Source of the DNA: Deferribacterales bacterium
GTDB taxonomy: Bacteria > Chrysiogenota > Deferribacteres > Deferribacterales > JAISNW01
Assembly (NCBI GenBank): GCA_031556255.1
Contig: JAVBTI010000105.1
Location: 2,180-66,179, forward strand
Reading direction: 5' to 3'
DNA: 64,000 nucleotides
The translations under genes and the position numbers were made by a program. Below are positions 48,536-57,153 of this stretch, piece after piece (within the stretch, counting starts at the first letter, position 1; each line of letters begins with the position of its first letter). Under the pieces are notes generated by a model, which was not told the DNA's origin, searched no databases, and was given only the letters and a program-made list of their open reading frames with translations.

Positions 48536-48550
48536 GCAAGCTGTGTGCCA
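48536..48550 (-). promoter_or_regulatory. Sigma-54 (-24/-12) promoter upstream of flgH
   Basis: The minus strand reads TGGCACACAGCTTGC (GG-N10-GC spacing exact). The -12 element is about 40 nt upstream of the flgH ATG. Confidence 0.65.
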
Positions 48551-48566
48551 AAAAAATTATTTGAGC

Positions 48567-49694
48567 CTAATGTTCCTTGACAAGGCCGGTGCTTTTTTGT
48601 TCATCCGCCGCCTCCGCGAAGGTTTGTTCATAGGTCCACCACCGGGTATATTGATGATTCACATCCCACAGCGGCGTTTTTTCGCCTATAACCGGGGTCA
48701 CCAGAACCATATCCGGATTATTATGCAGCGCCGTTAAATCAGTAAGCGGTGTATTCCAGTTATGAAGCGACAATTTGTATTTGGAATTGTGTACAGGTAC
48801 CAGATATTTTGTTCGCAGAGCTGCGGCGGCGGCAAGTGTCTCCTCCGGCATCATATGGATCTTAGCCCATCCTTCGTCGTACTGTCCGTTTTCCAGAAAG
48901 GCTATGTCCACACTGCCGAAACGTTCCCCCTGGTTTTTGAAATGCTCTCCGTAGCCAGAATCGCCCCCGATATAGATTTTATGCTCAGGCGTTTCCAGGA
49001 GGTATGCCGCCCACAGGGTAGAACTCTGGCTGAACAGCCCCCGCCCGGAAAAATGCCGCGCCGTTACGCAATAGATTGTGAACCCTGATTCAAGCTCGTA
49101 GTCCTCTTCCCAGTCCATCTCCACGATCTTATCTTCAGGGTAGCCCCAGCTTTTAAGATATTTACCCACGCCCAGCGGGCAGATAACCCTGCCCACTTTC
49201 TTTTTTATCCCTTTTACCGTCGGCTTGCTCAGATGGTCGTAGTGATCATGGGTGATGATCATGTAATCCACTTCGGGAATATCGTCCGGTTCATATATTT
49301 TCGTGCCCTCGAACGGTCCGTTGGTGAAAGGAATAGGGGATGCATTTTCCGAAAGTACGGGATCTACAAGGAGGCGTTTGCCCCCCGTTTGAATCATATA
49401 TGAAGAGTGCCCGAACCATATGATAACCTCTTCATTGATGTCGAGGGATTTCAGATCTGTTTTGACCGACGGCACAGGCTTTTTTGGCTTACCCTCGGAC
49501 GATAGCATTTTAAATATGGACGAAATCTTTCCGCCGTCTCCCGTTGTCATCGTCGTACTCTCATAGTTGGCGGCTTTTCCCTCTTTGAAATGGAGAGACG
49601 CGAGGACGCGGTCTTCATTCAGATTTTTCCCCGCGCAGGCGGATATTAAAAGAAGTACGGCAAGAACAAGGAGGCAGACCAGTGTGATTTTCAT
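48567..49694 (-). CDS. MBL-fold metallo-hydrolase lipoprotein (NAPE-PLD-like family)
   Basis: Start at MKITLVCLL.., lipobox ISAC. Metal motif ITHDHYDH. WFGHSSY and GGDSGY blocks. Confidence 0.75.
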   Translation of the reverse strand: MKITLVCLLVLAVLLLISACAGKNLNEDRVLASLHFKEGKAANYESTTMTTGDGGKISSIFKMLSSEGKPKKPVPSVKTDLKSLDINEEVIIWFGHSSYMIQTGGKRLLVDPVLSENASPIPFTNGPFEGTKIYEPDDIPEVDYMIITHDHYDHLSKPTVKGIKKKVGRVICPLGVGKYLKSWGYPEDKIVEMDWEEDYELESGFTIYCVTARHFSGRGLFSQSSTLWAAYLLETPEHKIYIGGDSGYGEHFKNQGERFGSVDIAFLENGQYDEGWAKIHMMPEETLAAAAALRTKYLVPVHNSKYKLSLHNWNTPLTDLTALHNNPDMVLVTPVIGEKTPLWDVNHQYTRWWTYEQTFAEAADEQKSTGLVKEH

Positions 49695-49869
49695 AATAAT
49701 TACCATATACTTAGTTGTTCCCTTTCATGCATCCCGGGAATAATCCATGAAACGCTTTGTATTTTCTATCAACTCCGCCTTCTGGGCGGGGGTTAGCTTC
49801 ATAAAAGCCTTGTATTCATGGTCTTTAATTTTATGGATAATTTTTCAGCCTGCTCTTTGCCCTTTTCCG

Positions 49870-50373
49870 TCAGGCGGAATGTCGGATTTTGTTTTCAGCC
49901 TGTGCGGAGATAAGCGCGGCCACCTCGCATGCAGGCATTGACAGCATTATAGACACCAGCCCCGCGAATAATTGAAATTGCAGCCCTATCAAGCTATTTG
50001 GTTCAGTATCCGCATATTTTTCAGGTTCTCCCAGGTGCAAGGTCAGCAGTTTCAGTGCGAGGACTTTCTTCACAGAGGCACCCTTTATACGCTCCCAAGG
50101 GAGGGTTTGTCCGGAGCCTATGAGCGACCTGATCGTGAGGCCGCTGTCGTCAACAGACAGCAGCGGTATTTTTCTGAGCAGTATTATAATGCCCGCCAGC
50201 GATGCCAGAGCGGCAAATCCCACAGCGCCTACAATCAGATACAATAATCCTCTTTCATAGGCACCCGCAGGCGGCATCGTGCGCAAAAGCCAAATTGTGC
50301 TTCCCAGAACAATAAATGTCGGTAAAATCAAAAGAATATACTTGGTTTTGCTGATTGTGAGCTCAGTACGCAT
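49870..50373 (-). CDS. Small membrane protein with a PH-like C-terminal region (STM3941-like); hypothetical
   Basis: Start at MRTELT, with AAGGTG upstream. Two TM helices then a soluble ~80 aa region. Weak family resemblance only. Confidence 0.45.
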   Translation of the reverse strand: MRTELTISKTKYILLILPTFIVLGSTIWLLRTMPPAGAYERGLLYLIVGAVGFAALASLAGIIILLRKIPLLSVDDSGLTIRSLIGSGQTLPWERIKGASVKKVLALKLLTLHLGEPEKYADTEPNSLIGLQFQLFAGLVSIMLSMPACEVAALISAQAENKIRHSA

Positions 50374-50697
50374 ACTCACACCTTTTTTATATCCGATTCC
50401 CCGGCGTGCCGCATAACAGTTTGGCACATCTATAAGTTAGCCTTGCTGATGCCGGAACTCAAGTAATTCCTTTTCGTTCGTTGGGCAGGCGGAAACTTCC
50501 TTGGTGCTTCCACCGTATTCCGCTCTTCCACAGAGGCAACGCCTGATTTATAAGCGGCTCTTATATTGTCCATCTCCTGGGCAGAAATTCCGTTTATTTT
50601 GCTGAGTTCCTTATATCGCTAAACGGACCTCTTCGTACTTTTTATTTTATAAAATGCTCGCGCACGCACGTTTAATATCAATAAAAAAGTGCAACTT

Positions 50698-51159
50698 TTA
50701 CTTTGCGTGTTTTTTAATATATTCTTCGGCGTTTGCCGCGATCTTTTCCATCATTTTGAAAAAAAATGCTTTGTTACGGCCGGACAGCCCGTCCAAAATA
50801 AGCTCACTCCAGCCGGCAAGAGCTCTCTGTATACCTGCCTTTAAGGATTTCGCTTTTTCAGTGGGGTAAAGACAGTTTGTCCGCTTGTCCGACTCTGATG
50901 CCACTCGGGTGATGAAACCGTCTTCCTCCAGGTGCTGAAGAGCGCGGGAAATGTTGCTCGGATGAAGGAGAGGCATCTCCCGCAGTTTATCCTGTGTTAT
51001 ACCGGGGTTTTCAATAATTTCTGCTATGTATGGTACGTGGCTGCGGTTGGTTTTAGAGGGCCTTGGGGCAACAGAGCCTGCAAATATTTCATCGTACATT
51101 TTGCTCGCTTTTTCCACCAGCGCGAACCCTTTCAGCATGCTTATAGCATTGTATTCCAT
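50698..51159 (-). CDS. MarR family transcriptional regulator
   Basis: 153 aa. The winged HTH LHPSNISRALQHLEEDGFITRVASESDKR is typical of MarR. Confidence 0.85.
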   Translation of the reverse strand: MEYNAISMLKGFALVEKASKMYDEIFAGSVAPRPSKTNRSHVPYIAEIIENPGITQDKLREMPLLHPSNISRALQHLEEDGFITRVASESDKRTNCLYPTEKAKSLKAGIQRALAGWSELILDGLSGRNKAFFFKMMEKIAANAEEYIKKHAK

Positions 51160-51173
51160 ACCTGCCTCTTGAG

Positions 51174-51187
51174 GTGATATATATCAC
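51174..51187. promoter_or_regulatory. Perfect 14-bp palindrome GTGATATATATCAC, candidate MarR operator
   Basis: Read directly from the sequence. It lies 15 nt upstream of the marR-family ATG and overlaps a TATATA -10-like stretch. Confidence 0.4.
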
Positions 51188-51246
51188 AGACAAATTGCAA
51201 GCGCAAGCATCACCGCATATTAGTTCATGAATTGGTGAAAGGCTGG

Positions 51247-51501
51247 TCAGACCTGAAACCTAAGCCCTTTCAGCCGCGCTATCCTGCCGTAAAGGTATTC
51301 CAACTCTTCATAATCGTTCACAGTCACGGTCGTGGAAAGGCTTATATACTTTTCGCCTTTGCTGAAGGTGGGGACGATGGATATTTCTTCGTAGTTGCAG
51401 AATATCTCTTCCACGCCGAATGTGAAAGTGGATGTGTTTTCTCCGACTATTTTAAAAGTGTAAATAACGGGGAATTCGATACAATCTTTAATTTTTGACA
51501 T
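51247..51501 (-). CDS. YbeD-like DUF493 protein
   Basis: 84 aa. FPVIYTFKIVG......Y.SLSTTVTV......LYGRIARLKGL pattern of the YbeD family. Confidence 0.7.
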   Translation of the reverse strand: MSKIKDCIEFPVIYTFKIVGENTSTFTFGVEEIFCNYEEISIVPTFSKGEKYISLSTTVTVNDYEELEYLYGRIARLKGLRFQV

Positions 51502-51564
51502 CCTTATTTACTCCGAAGAGGTAATATAATCTTTTGCGGAATAAAGTAAAGAGGGCAGGGGTGA

Positions 51565-52299
51565 TCAGCGTCCGCAGTGTTTTTCAAGATTATTATATAC
51601 CGTGCACTTGTCCGCGTCGACAAATTCCAGTGCACATTTATTTATATTGTTTACCAGCGCTCTGTTTATAAGGAGGTTATTGTTCTTTCTGCGGATCAGA
51701 TCTTCTTTGTACCATTTGCCGAGGAGCCTGTCATAGCTGACGAGGCTTATGTACAGGGCGCTGGCGATCTCCTCCCGCTTGAATCTTGCGGGCAGCGGCA
51801 GCCACTCCTGCGACATATCGGCGCCGTATGTCCTGAGCATGTCGTGGAAAAACCGCGCGGCTTTTTTCTCTGCCTGCGCCGATGTGAGAAATATCGGCAG
51901 ATGCATATATCTCCGGCTGCTTTGGCCGCACTCGTTCAAAAAAGCTCTGAAAAGGTCCGGGTGTGACGTCATAAGATCCTGCACAACTTCGTATTTCGTC
52001 GCGAGTACCTCGCTGTCCCTGAGCGCCTCGATAACCTTGCAGGCGGTATACTCTTTGAGCAGGATAAGCTGGTGATCCACAAGCCGCCCCGGCAGGATGA
52101 AAACCGTGAATTTGTCTTTGGACAGCGCGCTGAAATGCTGGGTATTTCCCAGAAGGCCGCTTTTGAGCATCAGCAGATTGTTGTCTACAAGGCTATAAGG
52201 GATAGTGCGCTTTTTAGAAAATTTGTGGAGAGTTCCTTCCTCTTCGAAAAAGTGCTTTATTTCGGGCGCGAGCTCAAGATGGAAAAAGAAATCTATCAT
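51565..52299 (-). CDS. Divergent Crp/Fnr-like transcriptional regulator
   Basis: 244 aa. Beta-roll-like N-half and a C-terminal HTH (KREEIASALYISLVSYDRLLGKW). A C-terminal Cys triad CALEFVDADKCTVYNNLEKHC is also present. Confidence 0.5.
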   Translation of the reverse strand: MIDFFFHLELAPEIKHFFEEEGTLHKFSKKRTIPYSLVDNNLLMLKSGLLGNTQHFSALSKDKFTVFILPGRLVDHQLILLKEYTACKVIEALRDSEVLATKYEVVQDLMTSHPDLFRAFLNECGQSSRRYMHLPIFLTSAQAEKKAARFFHDMLRTYGADMSQEWLPLPARFKREEIASALYISLVSYDRLLGKWYKEDLIRRKNNNLLINRALVNNINKCALEFVDADKCTVYNNLEKHCGR

Positions 52300-52464
52300 C
52301 GACGTCCCCTCCTATAAACATCAATGGCACAGGGCCGGAGGATTTGATGCATCCTCGGGCCTGCTGTGCTTCACAAGTTAGAATTTGGTCAAACAATACA
52401 TAAATGACTATACTTATATGCGGTGGCTCCGGTTCGGCGGGAGTGGATTCCGCCCTGCCTTTTA

Positions 52465-52908
52465 TTATATCCGCGCTACTGTTACAAGACGGATATCATC
52501 TATATGCTTCGTCAGTGGTATGACATCGTCGTCATAGACCGTCAGTTTTATTCCGGGCAGTACCTCTCTGATTTTTCCAAGTATTGCCGCCTTATAGCAT
52601 GAAATATTACCCTTTTCAATCGACCATATGTCAGTGAACCTGTGAAAAATCACAAGCGGCCTCAGCATGTGCGTATCGCACCAGAGCCGCGTTTTTTCCA
52701 TATTTTCAGCGGCTCTGGCGGATAGGAGCGCATATGGCCCCACGGGGGCGCGGACCAGCGCGGGCATGTCGTCCAGAAAATGCATCCGTTTCGAGCCCCT
52801 CATATAGCGCGCGATGGTGCCGTCTATATCGTAGATATTCAGCTCCTCTGCGCCTATACGCCTGAGCGCCCCCGAGAGTATTTTGAGCTGGAAATCGTAC
52901 CTGATCAT
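52465..52908 (-). CDS. Small HAD-like hydrolase-fold protein (hypothetical)
   Basis: 147 aa. DxDGT motif (IYDIDGTIA) and a late acidic motif (VYDDDV). ATGA overlap with the upstream cytochrome/Mo-domain gene. Confidence 0.4.
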   Translation of the reverse strand: MIRYDFQLKILSGALRRIGAEELNIYDIDGTIARYMRGSKRMHFLDDMPALVRAPVGPYALLSARAAENMEKTRLWCDTHMLRPLVIFHRFTDIWSIEKGNISCYKAAILGKIREVLPGIKLTVYDDDVIPLTKHIDDIRLVTVARI

Positions 52909-54356
52909 TTTATTACTACTATTGCGTTCGTTACCACTTCCTGTGCGAGCTTATGGCTGTCGGCCACGGCGCGGACTTTTATGAGGTAGGTTCCGGCTTT
53001 CGGCGCATCCCATTCGAGTGTCCAGTTAACCCATTTGTAAGGGTCGGTGTTCAGAGGAAGATCGAAGTTATGCCATGTTTTCCCGTCGTCCGCGCTGAAC
53101 TGCAGGCGTGACGGTTTGATTCCCTGCCATGCGAACGCCCAACCTTCAAACTTGGCTTTCCTGCCGAAAACAGTGCCGTCTACGGCCGGGGTAAAGAAAC
53201 CGGAATTAACCATCTGCATTGCGCCGGGTATTGGCGATATCTCTTCGTCAGGAACGACTATGTCATAGTCCTGCTCGGATACTTCGATGGTTTTCAGCCA
53301 CATCGTGCTGGCGCTGCCTATTTCCCCCGGCAGGGAGTACATAACAGGGCCGCCGAAATGCTCAGGCAGGTCTTTCCCGCGCAGTTTAAGGGACACCTGG
53401 CTCTTTTTAAACCAGTCGGTTTTCATGTTTACAGGGTTCATCCAGCCGTCGTAAGCGTACATCTTCAGATAGTTGGCGTTGGGTTTAACCCCTGCGTCTT
53501 TGAGAAGCTCCAGTATGGGTACGCCTTCATATTCCGTCTGATAGATCATCGCCCCGCCTGCGGGGTTGATGGCGCACTGGCGCACTAAGGTGAGCTTTTC
53601 CTGCTTGAATTTTTTAAGATCGGCGATGGTGTAGGTTTTGGGTTTCGTCACGCCGGGGCCGGTGAGTGTTATGGTGTAGTTGCTCATGTTTTTCGGCAGG
53701 AACTCTTCAGGTTTGCCGTAGTTCTGTGCCACGTACTGGTCTTCCTGATCGGACATTTTGTTCTGGTTGGCACTGATTTTTGCGTTAAAAACAGCATCCA
53801 TGGTGAAGCCGTCGCGGTAGCCTTCATAATTTTTCCGCAGGGTCAGCCATTCACGGACGGTGACCATCGGTGTGTCATAGTTGGGGCCGTCATCGGAGAT
53901 GATAGTCCACCAACTGCTTGCAACGGACGGATTGTACTTTTCTCTGTCCCACAGCGATATGACACCATCCTCCGGGCGTACTATGTGGCAACTCCAGCAG
54001 TCGCCGGTGAAGCCGCGCTCAGGCGTGTGAGAGCCATGCAATGCCGTACCCATCTTGGGACCCAGGCCGCCGGCGGGAACGGTATGGCAGTTTATGCAAT
54101 AGATCACGTCAATTTCCTTGCCGTAAGCCCGCCCCATGTCCGCCATGGCGTGCTGGATAGGCCCCGCCCGCTGGGACATCTCCCTGAGGTTGTTGTCATG
54201 GCAGGACAAACACCCCGCCTGCCCTGTCCGCAAATACACTTCGTTCCGGTAGGTCTCCGGGAACGCCCCTGTCTTGTTCGACCGCTTGACTTCGGCAAAA
54301 GCTATCGAAGCCAACAGGATCGTAAACACTAAAACAAACAATACTTTAATTTTCAT
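52905..54356 (-). CDS. Triheme c-type cytochrome fused to a sulfite-oxidase-fold (Oxidored_molyb) domain and an Ig-like C-terminal domain
   Basis: Sec-type signal MKIKVLFVLVFTILLASIAFA. Three CXXCH motifs (CLSCH, CINCH, CWSCH). Then YTITLTGPGVTKPKTYTIADL...VRQCAINPAGG...YEGVPILELLKDAG...GGPVMYSLPGEIGSASTMWLKTIEV, matching the SUOX/YedY-fold pattern. Confidence 0.75.
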   Translation of the reverse strand: MKIKVLFVLVFTILLASIAFAEVKRSNKTGAFPETYRNEVYLRTGQAGCLSCHDNNLREMSQRAGPIQHAMADMGRAYGKEIDVIYCINCHTVPAGGLGPKMGTALHGSHTPERGFTGDCWSCHIVRPEDGVISLWDREKYNPSVASSWWTIISDDGPNYDTPMVTVREWLTLRKNYEGYRDGFTMDAVFNAKISANQNKMSDQEDQYVAQNYGKPEEFLPKNMSNYTITLTGPGVTKPKTYTIADLKKFKQEKLTLVRQCAINPAGGAMIYQTEYEGVPILELLKDAGVKPNANYLKMYAYDGWMNPVNMKTDWFKKSQVSLKLRGKDLPEHFGGPVMYSLPGEIGSASTMWLKTIEVSEQDYDIVVPDEEISPIPGAMQMVNSGFFTPAVDGTVFGRKAKFEGWAFAWQGIKPSRLQFSADDGKTWHNFDLPLNTDPYKWVNWTLEWDAPKAGTYLIKVRAVADSHKLAQEVVTNAIVVIK

Positions 54357-54536
54357 AACCTACTCCTCCTAACACGGTTAATATCCGGCATATAGCAAGG
54401 AGTGAACAAAAAATCTTTAACAGTATGACGTATATTTTTCACTTTTTTATATTTTATTTGGTTTGTAAAATAATGAAATCGGCCTTGTAGCAGGATAATT
54501 GAAGGTATATTTATAATATGGATTTATTTTGACTTT

Positions 54537-54751
54537 TTACAATATTCCCGGCCGGTATTGAAAAGCCGCCTGCGGCGGATGCAGACTGTCCATAAAGTCG
54601 GTTTTTTTCTGCCTGCTGCTTACGAAATAGAACCACAGAAGGTCTATATCAGACGCTGCGGCAAAAAATCCCCCGCCAGCGACAGTTGTTTGGATTATAT
54701 AGACAGGGCTTTTGTCAAAAGATACCCGGACGGCAAATGCGCTATAAACAT
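54537..54751 (-). pseudogene. Frameshifted and truncated remnant of a membrane-bound metal-dependent hydrolase-like gene
   Basis: One frame reads MFIAHLPSGYLLTKALSI-stop. The next frame continues ...AGGGFFAAASDIDLLWFYFVSSRQ..., resembling the MFIAHLPAGYLL...APDLDLLYFYL..HRQ N-terminus of that family. There is no intact ORF. Confidence 0.4.
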
Positions 54752-54859
54752 AACACAGCCTGCCACAATGAAACCCGCCGGGCAACGGGAAAAAACGATA
54801 GACAATAAAAGACCGGTTATGTATAATTTTACCTTAATCTTTATATAAGGATGCTGACC

Positions 54860-55948
54860 ATGTTTAAAGACAGAATTTACAATTTTTCCGCAGGTCCCTC
54901 GATGCTGCCCGTGCCGGTTTTGGAGCGCGCCGCGGCCGAAATGCTCAATTATAACGGCTCGGGTATGTCCGTCATGGAGATGAGCCATCGTGCCAAGGTT
55001 TATGATGAAATTTTCCAGAGCGTTAAGGAAAAGCTCCGCAAAGTCATGGACATCCCGTCCAACTATCATATCCTCTTCATGCAGGGCGGGGCGACCGGGG
55101 CATTCGCGTCCGTGGCCATGAACCTCATGGGGGAAAACGGCAAGGCCGACTACGTCATCACGGGGAACTTCTCTAAAGCCGCCGCGTCTGAAGCAAAAAA
55201 GTACGGCGCCGTGAACATCGCCTTTGATACCGCCGACAAAAACCACACATACATCCCCGCCCAGAACGATCTGAAACTCACCCCCGGCGCGTCTTACTTC
55301 CACTACTGCGCCAACAACACCATCTTTGGCACCGCGTGGAAATATATACCCACGGCGAACGGTGCGCCCGTTGTGTCCGATATGTCTTCCTGCATACTGT
55401 CGGAACCGGTGGACGTCTCAAAATTCGGTCTTATTTACGCCGGCGCGCAGAAAAATATGGCCCCCGCGGGTTTTGCCGTAATGATCCTCCGGGACGACGT
55501 GGCCGCCAAGCCTCTTCCATACACGCCGAAAGTCCTTGACTACAATGTGATGATCAAGGATGATTCCATGCCGAACACGCCGCCCACCTACAACATATAC
55601 ATCCTCGGCCTTGTGCTCGACTGGATACAGGGGTTGGGCGGGTTGAAAGAGATGGCGAAGATCAACAACGAAAAGGCAAAAATCCTTTACGATTTCCTTG
55701 ACAACAGCAGATTTTATATGGCTCCCGCCCGGAGAGAGGCGCGTTCCATCATGAACATCACATTCAAAACCGCCACGGAAGAGTTGGACGCCAAGTTTTC
55801 CAAAGAAAGCGCGGCGGCAGGTTTTGCCAACCTCAAGGGGCACCGGCTTGTTGGCGGCATGCGGGCATCCATTTACAACGCTATGCCGGTGGAAGGCGTG
55901 AAAAAGTTGGTGGAGTTCATGGGTAAATTTGAAAAGGACAATCAATAG
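54860..55948 (+). CDS. serC: Phosphoserine aminotransferase
   Basis: Start at MFKDRIYNFSAGPSMLP, with AAGGA 8 nt upstream. GSGMSVMEMSHR, FMQGGAT, YAGAQKNMAPAG (PLP Lys), GGMRASIYNAMP. Confidence 0.93.
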   Translation: MFKDRIYNFSAGPSMLPVPVLERAAAEMLNYNGSGMSVMEMSHRAKVYDEIFQSVKEKLRKVMDIPSNYHILFMQGGATGAFASVAMNLMGENGKADYVITGNFSKAAASEAKKYGAVNIAFDTADKNHTYIPAQNDLKLTPGASYFHYCANNTIFGTAWKYIPTANGAPVVSDMSSCILSEPVDVSKFGLIYAGAQKNMAPAGFAVMILRDDVAAKPLPYTPKVLDYNVMIKDDSMPNTPPTYNIYILGLVLDWIQGLGGLKEMAKINNEKAKILYDFLDNSRFYMAPARREARSIMNITFKTATEELDAKFSKESAAAGFANLKGHRLVGGMRASIYNAMPVEGVKKLVEFMGKFEKDNQ

Positions 55949-55950
55949 CC

Positions 55951-57126
55951 ATGTACAAGATTAAAACACTAAATAAAATCTCTTTCGGCGGTCTTTCGCA
56001 GCTTCCCACGGAACTGTTCGAATACGGCGACGGTATTGAAAGCCCGGACGGCATCCTCGTCCGTTCGGCGGACATGCAAAACTATGATTTCGCCGCCAAC
56101 ACCAACCTGCGTTCCATCGCGCGGGCGGGGGCGGGGGTGAACAATATCCCCGTGGCGAAATGCTCCGAGGCTGGAATCGTTGTATTCAACACTCCCGGCG
56201 CAAACGCCAACGCCGTGGCCGAGCTGGTGCTCTGTGCCCTCTTTTTGGCCTCCCGCGATGTGATCGGCGGGATAGAGTGGACAAAGGGGCTTGCGGGCGA
56301 AGGCGCCAACGTTCCTGCTCTTGTGGAAAAGGGGAAAAGCGCCTTTGTCGGGCCGGAGATAGCCGGTAAAACCCTCGGAGTGATAGGCCTTGGCGCCATC
56401 GGCATCCGTGTGGCAAATGCAGCCATCGAGCTCGGGATGAACGTATTCGGCTACGACCCTTACATTTCGGTCGAGGCAGCGTGGAAGCTCTCCCGTTATG
56501 TCAGCCACGCCAAAGACCTGAAAACTCTCTATGAAAAGTGTGATTACATCACCATCCATGTGCCCTATATGGACAGCACCAAGGGAATGATCAACAAAGA
56601 CGCGATAACCATGATGAAAGACGGGGTGAAAATTTTGAACTTCGCCCGGGGTGAGCTTGTGTCGAACGACATCATCGCCGCGCTGGAATCAGGCAAGGTC
56701 GGCAGATATGTTACGGATTTCCCCACGGCGGAGCTTATCAGGGCGAAGAACGTCATTCCCGTGCCGCACCTCGGTGCTTCCACGCCGGAGAGCGAGGAAA
56801 ACTGCGCCGTCATGGCCGTGGCCCAGTTGAAAGATTATCTCATAAACGGAAATATCAAAAACTCGGTGAACTTACCCGACGTTTATATGGAAAGATCCGG
56901 CGTCTCGAGGCTCTCCATGATCCACAGGAACATCCCGAACATGCTGACCAATATACTCTCCATCCTTACCGCCGAAAAGGTTAACGTGGAGAATATGATC
57001 AACAAGTCTAAAGGGGAATACGCTTATACAATGCTTGATCTGAACAGCAGGATTCAGGACGCCGTTCTCGATAAAGTGCGCCACGCCCACGACATGCTGC
57101 GCCTGCGCGTGATAAAGGACGCGTAG
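55951..57126 (+). CDS. serA: D-3-phosphoglycerate dehydrogenase (with C-terminal ACT-like domain)
   Basis: 391 aa. NAD motif GVIGLGAIGIRVA, ARGELV, PHLGAST. Immediately follows serC. Confidence 0.85.
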   Translation: MYKIKTLNKISFGGLSQLPTELFEYGDGIESPDGILVRSADMQNYDFAANTNLRSIARAGAGVNNIPVAKCSEAGIVVFNTPGANANAVAELVLCALFLASRDVIGGIEWTKGLAGEGANVPALVEKGKSAFVGPEIAGKTLGVIGLGAIGIRVANAAIELGMNVFGYDPYISVEAAWKLSRYVSHAKDLKTLYEKCDYITIHVPYMDSTKGMINKDAITMMKDGVKILNFARGELVSNDIIAALESGKVGRYVTDFPTAELIRAKNVIPVPHLGASTPESEENCAVMAVAQLKDYLINGNIKNSVNLPDVYMERSGVSRLSMIHRNIPNMLTNILSILTAEKVNVENMINKSKGEYAYTMLDLNSRIQDAVLDKVRHAHDMLRLRVIKDA

Positions 57127-57153
57127 AACAAAATACACCAATTTCGCGATTTA

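Noticed and set aside
50430-50573. 47-codon minus-strand ORF (MDNIRAAYKSGVASVEERNTVEAPRKF...) within a 62-codon open frame that begins ...KELSKINGISAQEM, in the 270-bp spacer downstream of marR
   Set aside because: There is no usable RBS spacing and it is below any confident length. It could be an HTH gene fragment, but I cannot assign a family, so it is left unannotated.
54558-54848. 96-aa plus-strand ORF in the spacer upstream of serC (and the 82-aa minus ORF at 54537..54785 as an intact gene)
   Set aside because: There are no family features and no RBS. The region is better explained as a frameshifted remnant of a hydrolase-like gene (see pseudogene feature).
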